64,000 nucleotides of DNA from an uncultured Verrucomicrobiae bacterium (GTDB lineage: Bacteria; Verrucomicrobiota; Verrucomicrobiia; Chthoniobacterales; Terrimicrobiaceae), in the NCBI GenBank assembly GCA_963706955.1, contig CAVPOC010000008.1, forward strand, positions 96,001 through 160,000, in the 5' to 3' direction. The notes beneath the pieces were generated by a model. That model saw only the letters and a program-made list of their open reading frames with translations, had not been told where the DNA came from and searched no databases. Both the position numbers and the translations under genes were made by a program. Positions 51,052 to 61,245 of the stretch are shown piece by piece (position 1 is the first letter of the stretch; each line of letters opens with the position of its first letter).

Positions 51052-52109
51052 CTTTGATGTCGAAAAGTATAGTCATAGCAGCATTCACCGCACTCGTTTT
51101 GATAGCGACCGCCGTCCTCTGGTGGCGCAGTCGCCCTTCGGCGACGGAATCTTCGCTAAACCATGTCAAAGCGACAGCTACACCGGTCCCAAAGGAGCCT
51201 CAGGTGCTTCTTGATGAATATCCGCAGTTGTCTTTGCGAGATCGCCCTCGACAAGAGGTAATCAAGGCATTCAACGAAAACACAAAACGTGACCCGCGTT
51301 ACGAATGGAAGATCCCAATCCGTTTCTTTGGGAAGGTTGTCGATCAAGATGACAATGCTGTTGCCGACGCCTTGGTTCATTTTCAGTGGGTCAACCTCCA
51401 AGGGAATGAAGGAGTGGAGGAAGCCGAAGCAACAACTGACCAACAAGGCCGGTTTTCCCTCGAGGGCAAGAGAGGAAAACGGTTAAGCGTAAGAATATCG
51501 AAGAAGGGCTATTACGATGTGACACGAGACGAAAACCAGCTTGACTTTGAGTATGCCAATCCTGCTGAGCATGTCTTCTACGAGCCCGACGCGAGTAATC
51601 CAGTGATCCTTCGAATACGAAAAAAGGGAAAAATGGAAGAGCTAATTGCTAATGAAGTACTGCTTGACTTGCGTGGCCAAGGCGCGACGGCAACGGTTGA
51701 CTTAGTTACAGGCAACGTGTCGCCATCGAACGGTCAACTTCAAGTGGCGGTTTGGAAACCGGGTATCACGGCCGAACAGATCAACACGGGCAAGGTCTTT
51801 CCTTACGAGTGGCGCGTTCAGCTTAAGATCAATGGCGGCGGTTTAGCTGAATACACGGATGTCGATCCGTTCGAAGCTCCGAAATCAGGCTATACTAGTC
51901 AGTATGATGCCCTTCTGCAGCCGACCCACGGAGCCAGCGCTGATGTTACGGTGGACAAGCAGTTTTACTTTTACTTTGGCCAACCGCCTAAGTACGGACG
52001 ATTCCAGCTACGGACAAATGGAGATCGCGCCTCCGTTTTCATTAAATCTTGGCTGAACCCCTCCGGTTCTCGCAATTTGGAGTATGACGCCCCCGAAGAG
52101 GACCCTTAA
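51048..52109 (+). CDS. Membrane-anchored protein with carboxypeptidase-regulatory-like (Ig/transthyretin-fold) domain
   Basis: N-terminal TM; FFGKVVDQDDNAVADALV...TTDQQGRFSL...ISKKGYY; GTGA overlap with the hydrolase stop. Confidence 0.75.
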   Translation: MTLMSKSIVIAAFTALVLIATAVLWWRSRPSATESSLNHVKATATPVPKEPQVLLDEYPQLSLRDRPRQEVIKAFNENTKRDPRYEWKIPIRFFGKVVDQDDNAVADALVHFQWVNLQGNEGVEEAEATTDQQGRFSLEGKRGKRLSVRISKKGYYDVTRDENQLDFEYANPAEHVFYEPDASNPVILRIRKKGKMEELIANEVLLDLRGQGATATVDLVTGNVSPSNGQLQVAVWKPGITAEQINTGKVFPYEWRVQLKINGGGLAEYTDVDPFEAPKSGYTSQYDALLQPTHGASADVTVDKQFYFYFGQPPKYGRFQLRTNGDRASVFIKSWLNPSGSRNLEYDAPEEDP

Positions 52110-52303
52110 CACTTCTCGTCACATGAAGAAGGAGAATAGAAGAAAAAGTGGAGATTCAGCGAAGTCGTAGAGCTGTCACTGGTGCGCCCTTGTTAAACAG
52201 ATAATTGGTCCCTAGCTCGCGATTTCCGGATCATTGTCAACACCATAAATAATAGTAATAGGTAATAGGATCGTGTGCCATGAGCGGGCGCTAGATGGTG
52301 GTG

Positions 52304-52656
52304 ATGGCGAGGAGCTTGCGGAGTGTGTATGCGGGCGCCTATTACCATGTGATCGCGCGAGGAAACCGTCGTGAGGAGATATTTTTGGATGAGGAGGACC
52401 GGTGCTTTTTCTAAACGCTGTGTCGGAGGTGTGCGCTCAGACCGTTTGGATGGTGCACGCGTGGATGATCATGGGCGATCAGACCGTGGCGTCTTGCGGA
52501 TGGCTGGCGGCAAGCCTGAAAATGCGGAGCACGGCGAACGTGAGTCAGACGTTGAGAAGAACCGAATGGAAGAGCCTCTTAAAGAGGCCGCCCCGAACGC
52601 TCGCCGAGTATATCGCGAAGGAAAGAAGCTGAATCAATTTGCACACTGAACCCCAA
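52304..52656 (+). mobile_element. Internally deleted Y1/REP-associated tyrosine transposase (RAYT-like) relic
   Basis: MARSLRSVYAGAYYHVIARGNRREEIFLDEEDR / FLNAVSEVC..W.VHAWMIMGD, then a jump to a C-terminal HTH-like piece; HUH motif lost; ends at CACTGAACCCCA. Confidence 0.8.
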
Positions 52657-52681
52657 TGCGGACCCCCGCTCGATGGAGAGG

Positions 52682-53170
52682 TTAGGCAGCCCTTTCGGGT
52701 GGCGCTCCGCGGTAGATGACCTCGAAACGCTCGCAGACGATTGGCATTCTCGGACTTGGCACTCTTCTAATACGTTTGCATACTCTTCCGAAGTACGCCC
52801 AATGGACTTCGCGCCAATAGCGCAATGATCCATCGCCTTCGCCTTCGATAGCGGCAAACTCCTCACTGACTTCCTCGAAGGGAACAGTCGCCACCGCCTT
52901 GGTTTCGATGACACACAGCGGCTCACCTTGCCAGTTGGTCACGACGCTAAGGTCGCTGGGCTTGGGAGGTGGCCTGTTTTCCGCTTCGAAGGACCAGGCC
53001 AACCCAGCAGTCGCTCGCTTCGTTCCGACAAGAACGAGCCGTCCGAGCTCATTTGCAGCTGGTTCGTTGTCGTCGAAGTGGAAGGCCTCGTAGAAGCGGG
53101 CTTGAACATCACCTCCGACGATGGCTTGAAACTCGAGCCAGAAGGGCTGAATGGAGTGGGGGATGGTCAT
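52682..53170 (-). CDS. ASCH-domain protein
   Basis: LVLVGTKRATA, CVIET, FAAIEGEGDGSLRYWREVHWAYF. Confidence 0.9.
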   Translation of the reverse strand: MTIPHSIQPFWLEFQAIVGGDVQARFYEAFHFDDNEPAANELGRLVLVGTKRATAGLAWSFEAENRPPPKPSDLSVVTNWQGEPLCVIETKAVATVPFEEVSEEFAAIEGEGDGSLRYWREVHWAYFGRVCKRIRRVPSPRMPIVCERFEVIYRGAPPERAA

Positions 53171-53933
53171 TAGGCTCTCGGTTGCAGCGCGTGGCTGAGC
53201 AGCAGTGTCAGCCCAGGCATTGTGTTCCTCGCACCAGTGGCGCAAGAATATGATTTGCGCAAGCTGGACGCCCTCGAGCGACGCTAGCTAGAAAAGGCAT
53301 TTACGAGCATGCTCGTGATAATTCCCGCGATCATGACAACGTTGTGGCCCCAAATCAGGACGTTGAGTGCGGCTAGGAAAACAACTAGAGTGTTCATAGA
53401 GTGTTTATTGGGTAGAACGGTTTTTGCGGGCTGGGGTTTCCGGTTATTTCGGAGATCGCCTCGAACGCAGAGACCCGCCTCGGACATGCAGAATCCATTG
53501 ACCTTCATGGCTGCACTGATTAGCTCGTGCGCCCCGTGGAACAACGTCGCCCCTTCCGACGCCAGCCAACCGATCACAATTTCGGCTCGTCCTTGATGCT
53601 CGCCGTTACGGCCTCAGAACCAGCTAGTTCCACGTTTTACTACAAGCGCGGTGTTGGCCTGGCGGGCTCGGACGCCCGTCCTCGGCATTAAAGAGGTCCG
53701 CGAGAAGTCCGAGGGCGAGAAAGCCTGCGGTCAAGGATTTGATCGACCACTTCTCGCAGCAGGCCTTAGAGGCATATTCCGACCGCACGAGAAAGGATGT
53801 CTTGGCGTTTCCTCACAAGTCCCCAACATTAATAGGATAGCGGCAAAAATTCTGGCCAGAAATCCCGAAACTGCGCGTGAGTAAGGATTCGCTTTTAGAG
53901 CGCCACCGAAAGAGCTAAGAGCATCGTAATCCT

Positions 53934-54470
53934 GTGCGAACCTCGAGAGTGTTGGTCTTTGTGGATGAATCCAACGTCGTCAGCTCAGTGCGGCCACTCG
54001 GTCGAAAACTAGACTGGCTAAAGCTCCGCGATCACCTCGCGAGTGCCGATCGGGGACGGGAATTAATCGAGATGGTCATCTACGCTGGGTTACCTCCTCC
54101 AATACCCGACTGGCAAACTGAACGAGATAAGAAGAACAAGTTCCTGCATTGGCTTCGCTCCAACGGATTCCTCGTAGTGGCGAAAGATGGCTCGCCCGGA
54201 GATGGCAAACATTACAAGGCAAACGTCGACGTCTTGATGGCGATCGATGCAGTCGAGCTTTCCGTCGAGATGCGTCCCGACGTCGTCGTTCTGGTGACGG
54301 GCGATGCTGATTTTGCACACCTAGCTTTGCAGCTCCGGCGGCGTGGGATTCGAGTGGAAGTGGCTGCGACCGCTCAGACGCTGGGCACTGGATTGAAGGG
54401 CGCAGCAAATGAGGTGATCGACCTGGTTCCTCTGTTTGAAACATTTGAGCCAATGACACCCGCCGATTAG
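53934..54470 (+). CDS. NYN-domain (LabA/DUF88, PIN-like) protein
   Basis: VFVDESNV, KANVDVLMAID, LVTGDADF, GIRVEV. Confidence 0.9.
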   Translation: MRTSRVLVFVDESNVVSSVRPLGRKLDWLKLRDHLASADRGRELIEMVIYAGLPPPIPDWQTERDKKNKFLHWLRSNGFLVVAKDGSPGDGKHYKANVDVLMAIDAVELSVEMRPDVVVLVTGDADFAHLALQLRRRGIRVEVAATAQTLGTGLKGAANEVIDLVPLFETFEPMTPAD

Positions 54471-54557
54471 GCGAGCGTTTCAAGAACTCGCTCGACGTTG
54501 TGAAGGTCCAGGAAACTCGGCATTGTGCCAGCTTTACCCGGAACTCTGCGAGCAGAT

Positions 54558-54756
54558 GGGGTCGGTCCTATAATTTAAACATGCGGCACGGCTTAGCCTG
54601 CATGCTCTTTAACTTTTCAGGACAGCGGTGGGAATCGATCGTCTTCGTCACAATCGCTCCTGCAAACCTGCCGACGCCAAATTCGGCTTCGCAGCGATCT
54701 CTCGGGTAGCCAACTACTGCCATCTGTATAAGGATGTGTATTATAGGACTGACCCC
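54558..54756. mobile_element. MITE-like element with 17-bp terminal inverted repeats
   Basis: GGGGTCGGTCCTATAAT ... ATTATAGGACTGACCCC (16/17 complementary). Confidence 0.7.
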
Positions 54757-55009
54757 GCACCGCCACATATCTTGTTCTATCATCGGAGCAGTCACGACTC
54801 CGGCACCTCAAACACTTCACTCGGCGAGACTGTTTGCCTAAAACCGTTTGTGGATGTGAATCCTCCTGGCGCGGGAATTACGCCCCGGTGTGCCGGGCTT
54901 TGCAGAGATGCTTTCAAATTTAGGGAGACACCAAAAGCATGAGCGGCTCTTCTGGCCGGTCATCCAAGACTTTCGGAAGACTTAGCCTGACACGTTAATT
55001 CTCAAGGAC

Positions 55010-56422
55010 CTACCAAGAACCAAAATCTCCCTTGAACTTTGCGGGTATTGCCTTCCTAACTTCGACTGCAAGCGCCTTTCGGACTTCCTTGCGAGCCATT
55101 GTCGTTCCGTCTTCGCCTCTTTGGGTATCCTCTTGTTGGTTGTGCTTTATCGCTTCGTCCTGCGGAGCTGCTGTTTTCGGCTTCTGGCTATGAATAACGC
55201 CACTGACTTGAGGCGTAGAGGTATGATCCGAATTTGAACTATCCGGAGATTCGTGCGCCTTGATGCTGGACTTGATCGAAGTGTTTGCCCTCTTCTCCGC
55301 TTTTTCTCTGTCGATTCTGGCTGTCTTGCTCACAAGCGCCTTTCGGATTTCCATGCCATCCATTGTCGTTCCGTCTTTGCCTCTTTGGGTATCCTCTTGT
55401 TGGTTGTGTTTTATCGCTTCGTCCGGCGGAGTTGCTGCTGTTTTCTGGCTTTGAATAGTGTCACTGACTTGAGGCGTAGAGGTATGATCCGAAATTGAAC
55501 TATCCGGGGAATCGTGCGCCTTGATGCTGGACTGGCTCAAAGTGTTTGCCCTGTTCTCCGCTTTTTCTCCGTCGATTCTGGCTGTCGCGCTCACAGGCGC
55601 CTTTCGGACTTCCCTGCCATCCATTGTCGTTCCGTCTTTGCCTCTTTGGGTATCCTCTTGTTGGTGGTGTTTTATCGTTTCGTCCTGCGGAGTTGCTGCT
55701 GGCTTCTGGCTTTGAATAATGCCAGTCACTTGAGGCGTAGAGGTATGATCCGGATTTGAACTATCCGGGGAGTCGTCGGCCTTGATGCTGGACTTGCTCA
55801 AAGTGTTTGCCCTGTTCTCCGCTTTTTCTCTGTCGATTCTGGCTGTCGCGCTCACAGGCGAAAAGACAAGAAACAACGCATAGGCCGCAACTAGCAGTAC
55901 CACCGAACCAAGAAGAAGCAATGCAGCCTTCTTCCGGGGCGAAGATTTGATCACCTCGGGAGAGGGCGTAGAGGTCTTTATGCCCGAGTGAGCCTCCGCC
56001 CCAGCATGGATGCTTTGCCACCATTGAGCGTCATGATTGCTGATGCGTTCAAAGGCGGCCAGCTGCTCGATCATCGATTCCCTGCCTACGATTGTCTCCA
56101 CCAAGTCGCCTGCCAGATTCTCAAGTGCTTGGTCGCTGTGCTGCTCTGCTAGGAGAAGAACGCGATGAGCTTTCCTGTACATAACCCTGGATCCACACGA
56201 AAGATTCGCGTCAGCGAGCGCGGTCTGTGGATAATTCCTGCAAAAGTAGACGTTGAGTCTCCTAACGTGGCGCGCTCGTCTTTGCTGTGGATCCTCTCCA
56301 TTGGCGATCGCTTCGAGCAGTTCGAAGCCAAATTGCGAGACGTCCGGTTCGTTCATTTGCTTGCCCAGCGCAATCCCTGCACGAGCTAATTCTTCGTCTG
56401 ATTGTGTACCGTTCATTTTCAT
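55010..56422 (-). CDS. Membrane-anchored protein with three ~87-aa tandem low-complexity repeats
   Basis: One TM, then (VSATARIDREKAENRANT...EDTQRGKDGTTMDGREVRKA)x3; ~261-bp DNA period. Confidence 0.8.
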   Translation of the reverse strand: MKMNGTQSDEELARAGIALGKQMNEPDVSQFGFELLEAIANGEDPQQRRARHVRRLNVYFCRNYPQTALADANLSCGSRVMYRKAHRVLLLAEQHSDQALENLAGDLVETIVGRESMIEQLAAFERISNHDAQWWQSIHAGAEAHSGIKTSTPSPEVIKSSPRKKAALLLLGSVVLLVAAYALFLVFSPVSATARIDREKAENRANTLSKSSIKADDSPDSSNPDHTSTPQVTGIIQSQKPAATPQDETIKHHQQEDTQRGKDGTTMDGREVRKAPVSATARIDGEKAENRANTLSQSSIKAHDSPDSSISDHTSTPQVSDTIQSQKTAATPPDEAIKHNQQEDTQRGKDGTTMDGMEIRKALVSKTARIDREKAEKRANTSIKSSIKAHESPDSSNSDHTSTPQVSGVIHSQKPKTAAPQDEAIKHNQQEDTQRGEDGTTMARKEVRKALAVEVRKAIPAKFKGDFGSW

Positions 56423-56639
56423 GCGGTGCGTTGCGGAGCTTACTTATCCCACCCCGTAGAAGCAAAGGCGTGACCAGAAGCTGCTTCATGTTGCCTTATG
56501 GAACCCCTCTGTCCAGATCATTCCCATACTCAAGAGCAGGAGCCGTACCTGGTGGGGCTCCCGGAAACACGCGCTTGCCTTCAGCCAGCCCGGTAGGACT
56601 GGAGCAATTGGGCAGCAGATGCGCTCGGTTCGAGCAGAT

Positions 56640-56889
56640 GGGGTCGGTCCTATAATTTACATGTTGCCGCGCAGATTGGCTTGCATGCTTCCCTTAGCTC
56701 ACCCACGGGAAAAGCGATTAAGCGCTCGACTGCTTTTGTTGCCGATCGCTCCTGCAAGCGCCAGGCTCCATGTCGGCTACCGTTTTCCCATTTCCTGTAA
56801 CCCTTAGTTCGGCCGCTCCGGCAAACTCTCGCCGCAATTTCCTAACAACACATGCTGGCTTGAGAGATGTATTTTATAGGACTGACGCC
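56640..56889. mobile_element. Second MITE-like element of the same family
   Basis: Left end shares 29 identical nt with copy 1 (CGAGCAGATGGGGTCGGTCCTATAATTTA); right end TTATAGGACTGACGCC; internal ATCGCTCCTGCAA shared. Confidence 0.7.
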
Positions 56890-57021
56890 GTCCATTTGGT
56901 TCAATCTTCAAGTCCTGACCCCTATAGTCGACGCGCGTGACGGGGCAATGCGGTCACTGCTCTGCCAGGAAAATGGTCAATCACTCTGGCTTAACTCTGG
57001 TTTGCATATCCTGAGCCTTTA

Positions 57022-57309
57022 TTACTCGTGAATGCGCAGCAGATGCTCCCAGGCGCGGAAGTCTCCATTGAAACCCAGGCTCTGCGCGATCTGGTAGCTT
57101 GAGAGGACCTCCCGCTCGATAGCCTTGTTTCCCTTGTTGGGGCGCTCGCAGACTTGCCGATACTGCTTTCTTGCCTGGTAGAGATGCGCCACGAACTTGT
57201 CAGCTTCACTTGATTCCAGCAGCGCCATCAACTTGGCAAGCGTCTCCTGTGTGGCCTTCGCCAGCGAACTTCGATGCCGCGAACCTCTCAATCGCGAGCG
57301 GGCTTCCAC
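57022..57309 (-). CDS. Hypothetical protein
   Basis: 95-aa helical ORF ending SYQIAQSLGFNGDFRAWEHLLR. Confidence 0.45.
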   Translation of the reverse strand: MEARSRLRGSRHRSSLAKATQETLAKLMALLESSEADKFVAHLYQARKQYRQVCERPNKGNKAIEREVLSSYQIAQSLGFNGDFRAWEHLLRIHE

Positions 57310-57654
57310 TCACTCAAGTATTCGGGGCTGGTGCCCGCTATCCAATTCTAGCTAAATTTGCCGGGCTGGACTCGGTTTCCACGGCCCTCGCGAAGCATGG
57401 CCCCATGAAATTCCCAATCTGTCTCAACGCCTTGTGAAACCCTTACGGGGTCGTCGCATGCCCCATTTGCCGCAACCGTAGTTTAGCTAACGATGGCAAA
57501 CTTGGGTTGCGAATAGTCTAATGCTCTTAACGAGATGCGCCATTAAACCACTTAGTAACAAAACTAATGTAAAAAGCATTTTCAACAAGTTTACTACTTA
57601 TCGCTTGATTCCGCTAAGCTTCGTGGTAGCGATTGCGCCTCAAAACCGACAATT

Positions 57655-57996
57655 GTGGCTTCAAAACTCCCAGTCTTAGTGTTTGCGCTCGCTTTGGCGC
57701 AGGCAAGCATTGCTCAATCACAGATCTCGTTCGAATGGGTGACCATCGGCGATCCTGGTAACCACAATGATCCGCTAACCGATGTTCCAACCGGCGGTGT
57801 GACGCCACCTCCGCGCGGTGCGGTCCCATACGTCTACAGCATTTCGAAGTATGAAACCAGAATTGGCCAATACACCGCTTTTCTTAATGCCGTGGCAAAA
57901 TCCGATCCCCATGGCCTGTATCATCCGGACTTGGGCAAACTGGAGCAGATCAGGGGCGTACAACTTCCTTTCGGCACATCCTCAAGAAACACTTAG
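57655..57996 (+). pseudogene. N-terminal fragment of an exported FGE-sulfatase/SUMF1-domain protein
   Basis: Signal peptide then WVTIGDPGN..D, GAVPYVYSISKYE..GQYTAFLNAV; truncated. Confidence 0.7.
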
Positions 57997-57998
57997 AC

Positions 57999-60785
57999 AT
58001 GAAAAAGCGACAAGCTTTACAAACGGCCCAGCGTAACGTCCGACTCGGAAAGGCGATTTGCGTAGCCGTCGCCGTTCTCCTTGTAGGTGGTGTAGCCAAC
58101 TTCGCGGCCTTCGGCATAATACGTTTTGAATATGACTTCACGTCGGAGACCGGAAGAGTCTTTTCTCAGGATCCTATCCCAGAGGGCATTACCTTTTCGG
58201 GCCTTACGTTGAACAACGTTGTCAAGCTCGGGCCATCCCCAATTCCCGGCATAGGAGGTACTTTATTTGGACCATGGGACCCCCCAATAGATCACTATAT
58301 ATCGTTTACAATTTTCGCGCCATCCGGATACCAGTTGCACGTGACAAGCTATGATGCGTTTGTGACAATTGGGGCTATTGCCCAGCTTGAATTGTCTGGT
58401 CCTGGCACCTCGGAAGAGGTCAAGATGCGCATCTTCAAAGGCGCTGGTATTCAAGATCCGCGTCCACTTTCTACTTTAAGGGGAGAGCTCAGTCTGATCT
58501 CCACTTACATGTTGGAAGTTGGATCCGGCAGCGGGGACGGTGCCTATGCGACAGGCACGATGGTCACAGTGATCGCCGACCCGCCGCCGACAGGCCAGCA
58601 TTTTGCAGGCTGGTCGGGTGACATTGCCATCCTTTCCAATCCGTTCCTGGCCACCACGACGGCGATAGTACCCTCCATGAATGTGAAGATTTTCGCGATG
58701 TACTCGGAGCTGCCAACATATACTGTAACAGTGACAAACGGGAGCGGCGACGGAAACTATCTCGCCGGAGCGCAAGTTGCGATCTCCGCGGACGCGGCGC
58801 CCCCGGGCCAGCAATTCGCGGGCTGGACCGGGGAGGTGACCTTCGGCGATGCCTCGTCGCCAACGACCACCTTCACGATGCCGTCTTCTGCAGTTGAGGT
58901 CACGGCGACCTACTCTGATTCCACTGGCACCGGTACGGGCCTGCGCGGGCAGTACTACAACGACAGCAGTAGTGCGTCGTATCCGCCGGCCAATCCGTTC
59001 GCGGGTTCCCCGGTTCTCACCGGCACGGACGCCACGGTGGATTTTAGCTGGGCCGGTGGTTCGCCCGGTTCTCCGGTCACCTCAAATTTCTTCTCGGCAA
59101 AGTGGACCGGCCAGGTGAAGGCGCCTATGACGGGAAGCTACACCTTCACGGTCACCGGCGATGATGGAGTGCGCCTGTTCCTCAATGGCGTCAAGGTCAT
59201 CGATGGATGGAGAGATCAGGGTGCCACGCCTTACACCTACACCACGACGCTAACTGCGGGCACATTGTATAACATCGAGCTGCACTACTACGAGCATGAG
59301 GGTGACGCCGCGTGCCGGCTGCAATGGAGCTATCCCGGACAGACAACTCAGGCTATACCGCAGAGCCAGCTCTATCCGACCATGGAGGAAACGCCGGGCA
59401 CAGGTCTGCGCGGGCAGTACTACAATGACGGCAGTAATACGACGTATCCGCCGGCCAATCCGTTCGCGGGTTCCCCTGTGCTTACACGCACGGATGCCAC
59501 GGTGGATTTCACCTGGGACACCAGTTCGCCAGGTTCCCCGGTTACCTCCAATTTCTTCTCAGCGAAGTGGACCGGCCAGGTGAAAGCGCCCGTGACGGGA
59601 AGTTACACCTTCACGGTCACTGGCGATGATGGAGTGCGCCTGTTCCTCAATGGCGTCAAGGCCATTGATGCATGGAAAGATCAGGGTGCCACGCCTTACT
59701 CCTACACCACCGCGTTAACGGCCGGCACATTGTATAACATCGAGCTTCACTACTATGAGCATGAGGGTGACGCCGCGTGCCGGCTGCAATGGAGCTATCC
59801 CGGACAGACGACCCAGGCTATCCCGCAGAGCCAACTCTATCCCACTGTTGAGGCAACACCGGGCGCAGGCCTGCGCGGGCAATACTACAACGACAACAGC
59901 AGTACGCCGTATCCACTGGCCAATCCATTCGGCGTTTCTCCGGTGCTTACACGCACGGACGCCACGGTGGATTTCAACTGGGGCGGTGATTCGCCAGGGT
60001 CCCCGGTAACCTCAAATTTCTTCTCGGCGAAGTGGACCGGCCAGGTCAAGGCGCCTGTGACGGGAACCTACACCTTCACGGTTACCGGCGATGACGGAGT
60101 GCGCCTGTTCCTCAATGGCGCCAAGGTCATTGATGCATGGAGAGATCAGGGCGCCACTCCTTACTCATACACCACGACGTTAACGGCCGGCGCACTGTAT
60201 GACATCGAGCTGCACTATTATGAACATGAGGGTAACGCCGCTTGCAGCCTGCAATGGAGCTATCCAGGAAAGGCAACCCAGGCTATCCCCCAAAGCCAGC
60301 TCTATTCGAATGAATCGACCCAGGGTCATGAATTAGATCAAGAGAATGTGCCGATTGGTGGATCAGGAGGACTTGAGATAACCAGAAATCAAACTGTGGC
60401 TCAATCGTTTTCTATATCAAAGCCTGGGAAGTTGTCGAGAGTCGATATTATAGATATTAGGCATCACAGATGCCCTCCAAAAGAGAGCTTATATATATCG
60501 CTTATCGATATGTCAGGCGACCAGTTGGGACAGAACACATACTATACGAGAGAGGTCTACCCACACGAAGTTAATGGAACAATCTCGTTGGAATTCGGTA
60601 ATTACGCGCCAACTGTATCTAAGGGCGACAAATACGCCATTTATTTGAAGACAGATGCAGAGCCAAGTGGATGTACATATGCATGGGGCGGTGGGATTGA
60701 AACTTACGATGGCGGGGACACATTTATCAATGAGAGGAAAAACATCAGGGACATGAAGTTTAGGTCATACGTCACAGACAAATAG
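57999..60785 (+). CDS. Exported protein with two InlB-B-repeat-like domains, three PA14 domains and a distinct C-terminal domain
   Basis: GSGDG.Y..G..V...AD....GQ.FAGW x2; GLRGQYYN...FSAKWTGQVKAP..G.YTFTVTGDDGVRLFLNG...ELHYYEHEG x3. Confidence 0.9.
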   Translation: MKKRQALQTAQRNVRLGKAICVAVAVLLVGGVANFAAFGIIRFEYDFTSETGRVFSQDPIPEGITFSGLTLNNVVKLGPSPIPGIGGTLFGPWDPPIDHYISFTIFAPSGYQLHVTSYDAFVTIGAIAQLELSGPGTSEEVKMRIFKGAGIQDPRPLSTLRGELSLISTYMLEVGSGSGDGAYATGTMVTVIADPPPTGQHFAGWSGDIAILSNPFLATTTAIVPSMNVKIFAMYSELPTYTVTVTNGSGDGNYLAGAQVAISADAAPPGQQFAGWTGEVTFGDASSPTTTFTMPSSAVEVTATYSDSTGTGTGLRGQYYNDSSSASYPPANPFAGSPVLTGTDATVDFSWAGGSPGSPVTSNFFSAKWTGQVKAPMTGSYTFTVTGDDGVRLFLNGVKVIDGWRDQGATPYTYTTTLTAGTLYNIELHYYEHEGDAACRLQWSYPGQTTQAIPQSQLYPTMEETPGTGLRGQYYNDGSNTTYPPANPFAGSPVLTRTDATVDFTWDTSSPGSPVTSNFFSAKWTGQVKAPVTGSYTFTVTGDDGVRLFLNGVKAIDAWKDQGATPYSYTTALTAGTLYNIELHYYEHEGDAACRLQWSYPGQTTQAIPQSQLYPTVEATPGAGLRGQYYNDNSSTPYPLANPFGVSPVLTRTDATVDFNWGGDSPGSPVTSNFFSAKWTGQVKAPVTGTYTFTVTGDDGVRLFLNGAKVIDAWRDQGATPYSYTTTLTAGALYDIELHYYEHEGNAACSLQWSYPGKATQAIPQSQLYSNESTQGHELDQENVPIGGSGGLEITRNQTVAQSFSISKPGKLSRVDIIDIRHHRCPPKESLYISLIDMSGDQLGQNTYYTREVYPHEVNGTISLEFGNYAPTVSKGDKYAIYLKTDAEPSGCTYAWGGGIETYDGGDTFINERKNIRDMKFRSYVTDK

Positions 60786-61000
60786 GGGTTCTCTCAACAG
60801 TCGGGGGGTCACGATGGGGTCAGATCTTTGACTTATGACATTTGCGCGATCTCCTTCTGCAGAATCCTGAACGCGCGGTCCAGACCGGCATTTTCTGGAA
60901 TCCTCCTTGTCAGGCGGCGCACAGCTTGGGCCACCGCCGAGTCATCGATCCCGCCGGCCCATTCGGCGAGTTCTCGGTAAAGAAGGGGTCATCGGTAAGA

Positions 61001-61245
61001 AGGGGTCAGGACTTGAATCTTGCGCAGACGACAGGGGACAAATTCATCCGTTTCTTTTTCTCGTTGCTATTCCTCCTATATCCCACATGTGGGTCAGCTC
61101 GGATAGTCGTGCTCACTCTAGAAAAGCGCCACGTATTTGACAGAGCTGACCCCATGCCCCCTCTGTGATACTCCAAGCGCGACTGCCGTGGCATCCTGCT
61201 CCTGACAACGGCTGCAGAATACTCAATGTTCAAGTCCTGACCCCT
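61001..61245. mobile_element. MITE-like element with perfect 17-bp terminal inverted repeats
   Basis: AGGGGTCAGGACTTGAA (61001-61017) / TTCAAGTCCTGACCCCT (61229-61245); a lone identical end at 56907-56923. Confidence 0.72.
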
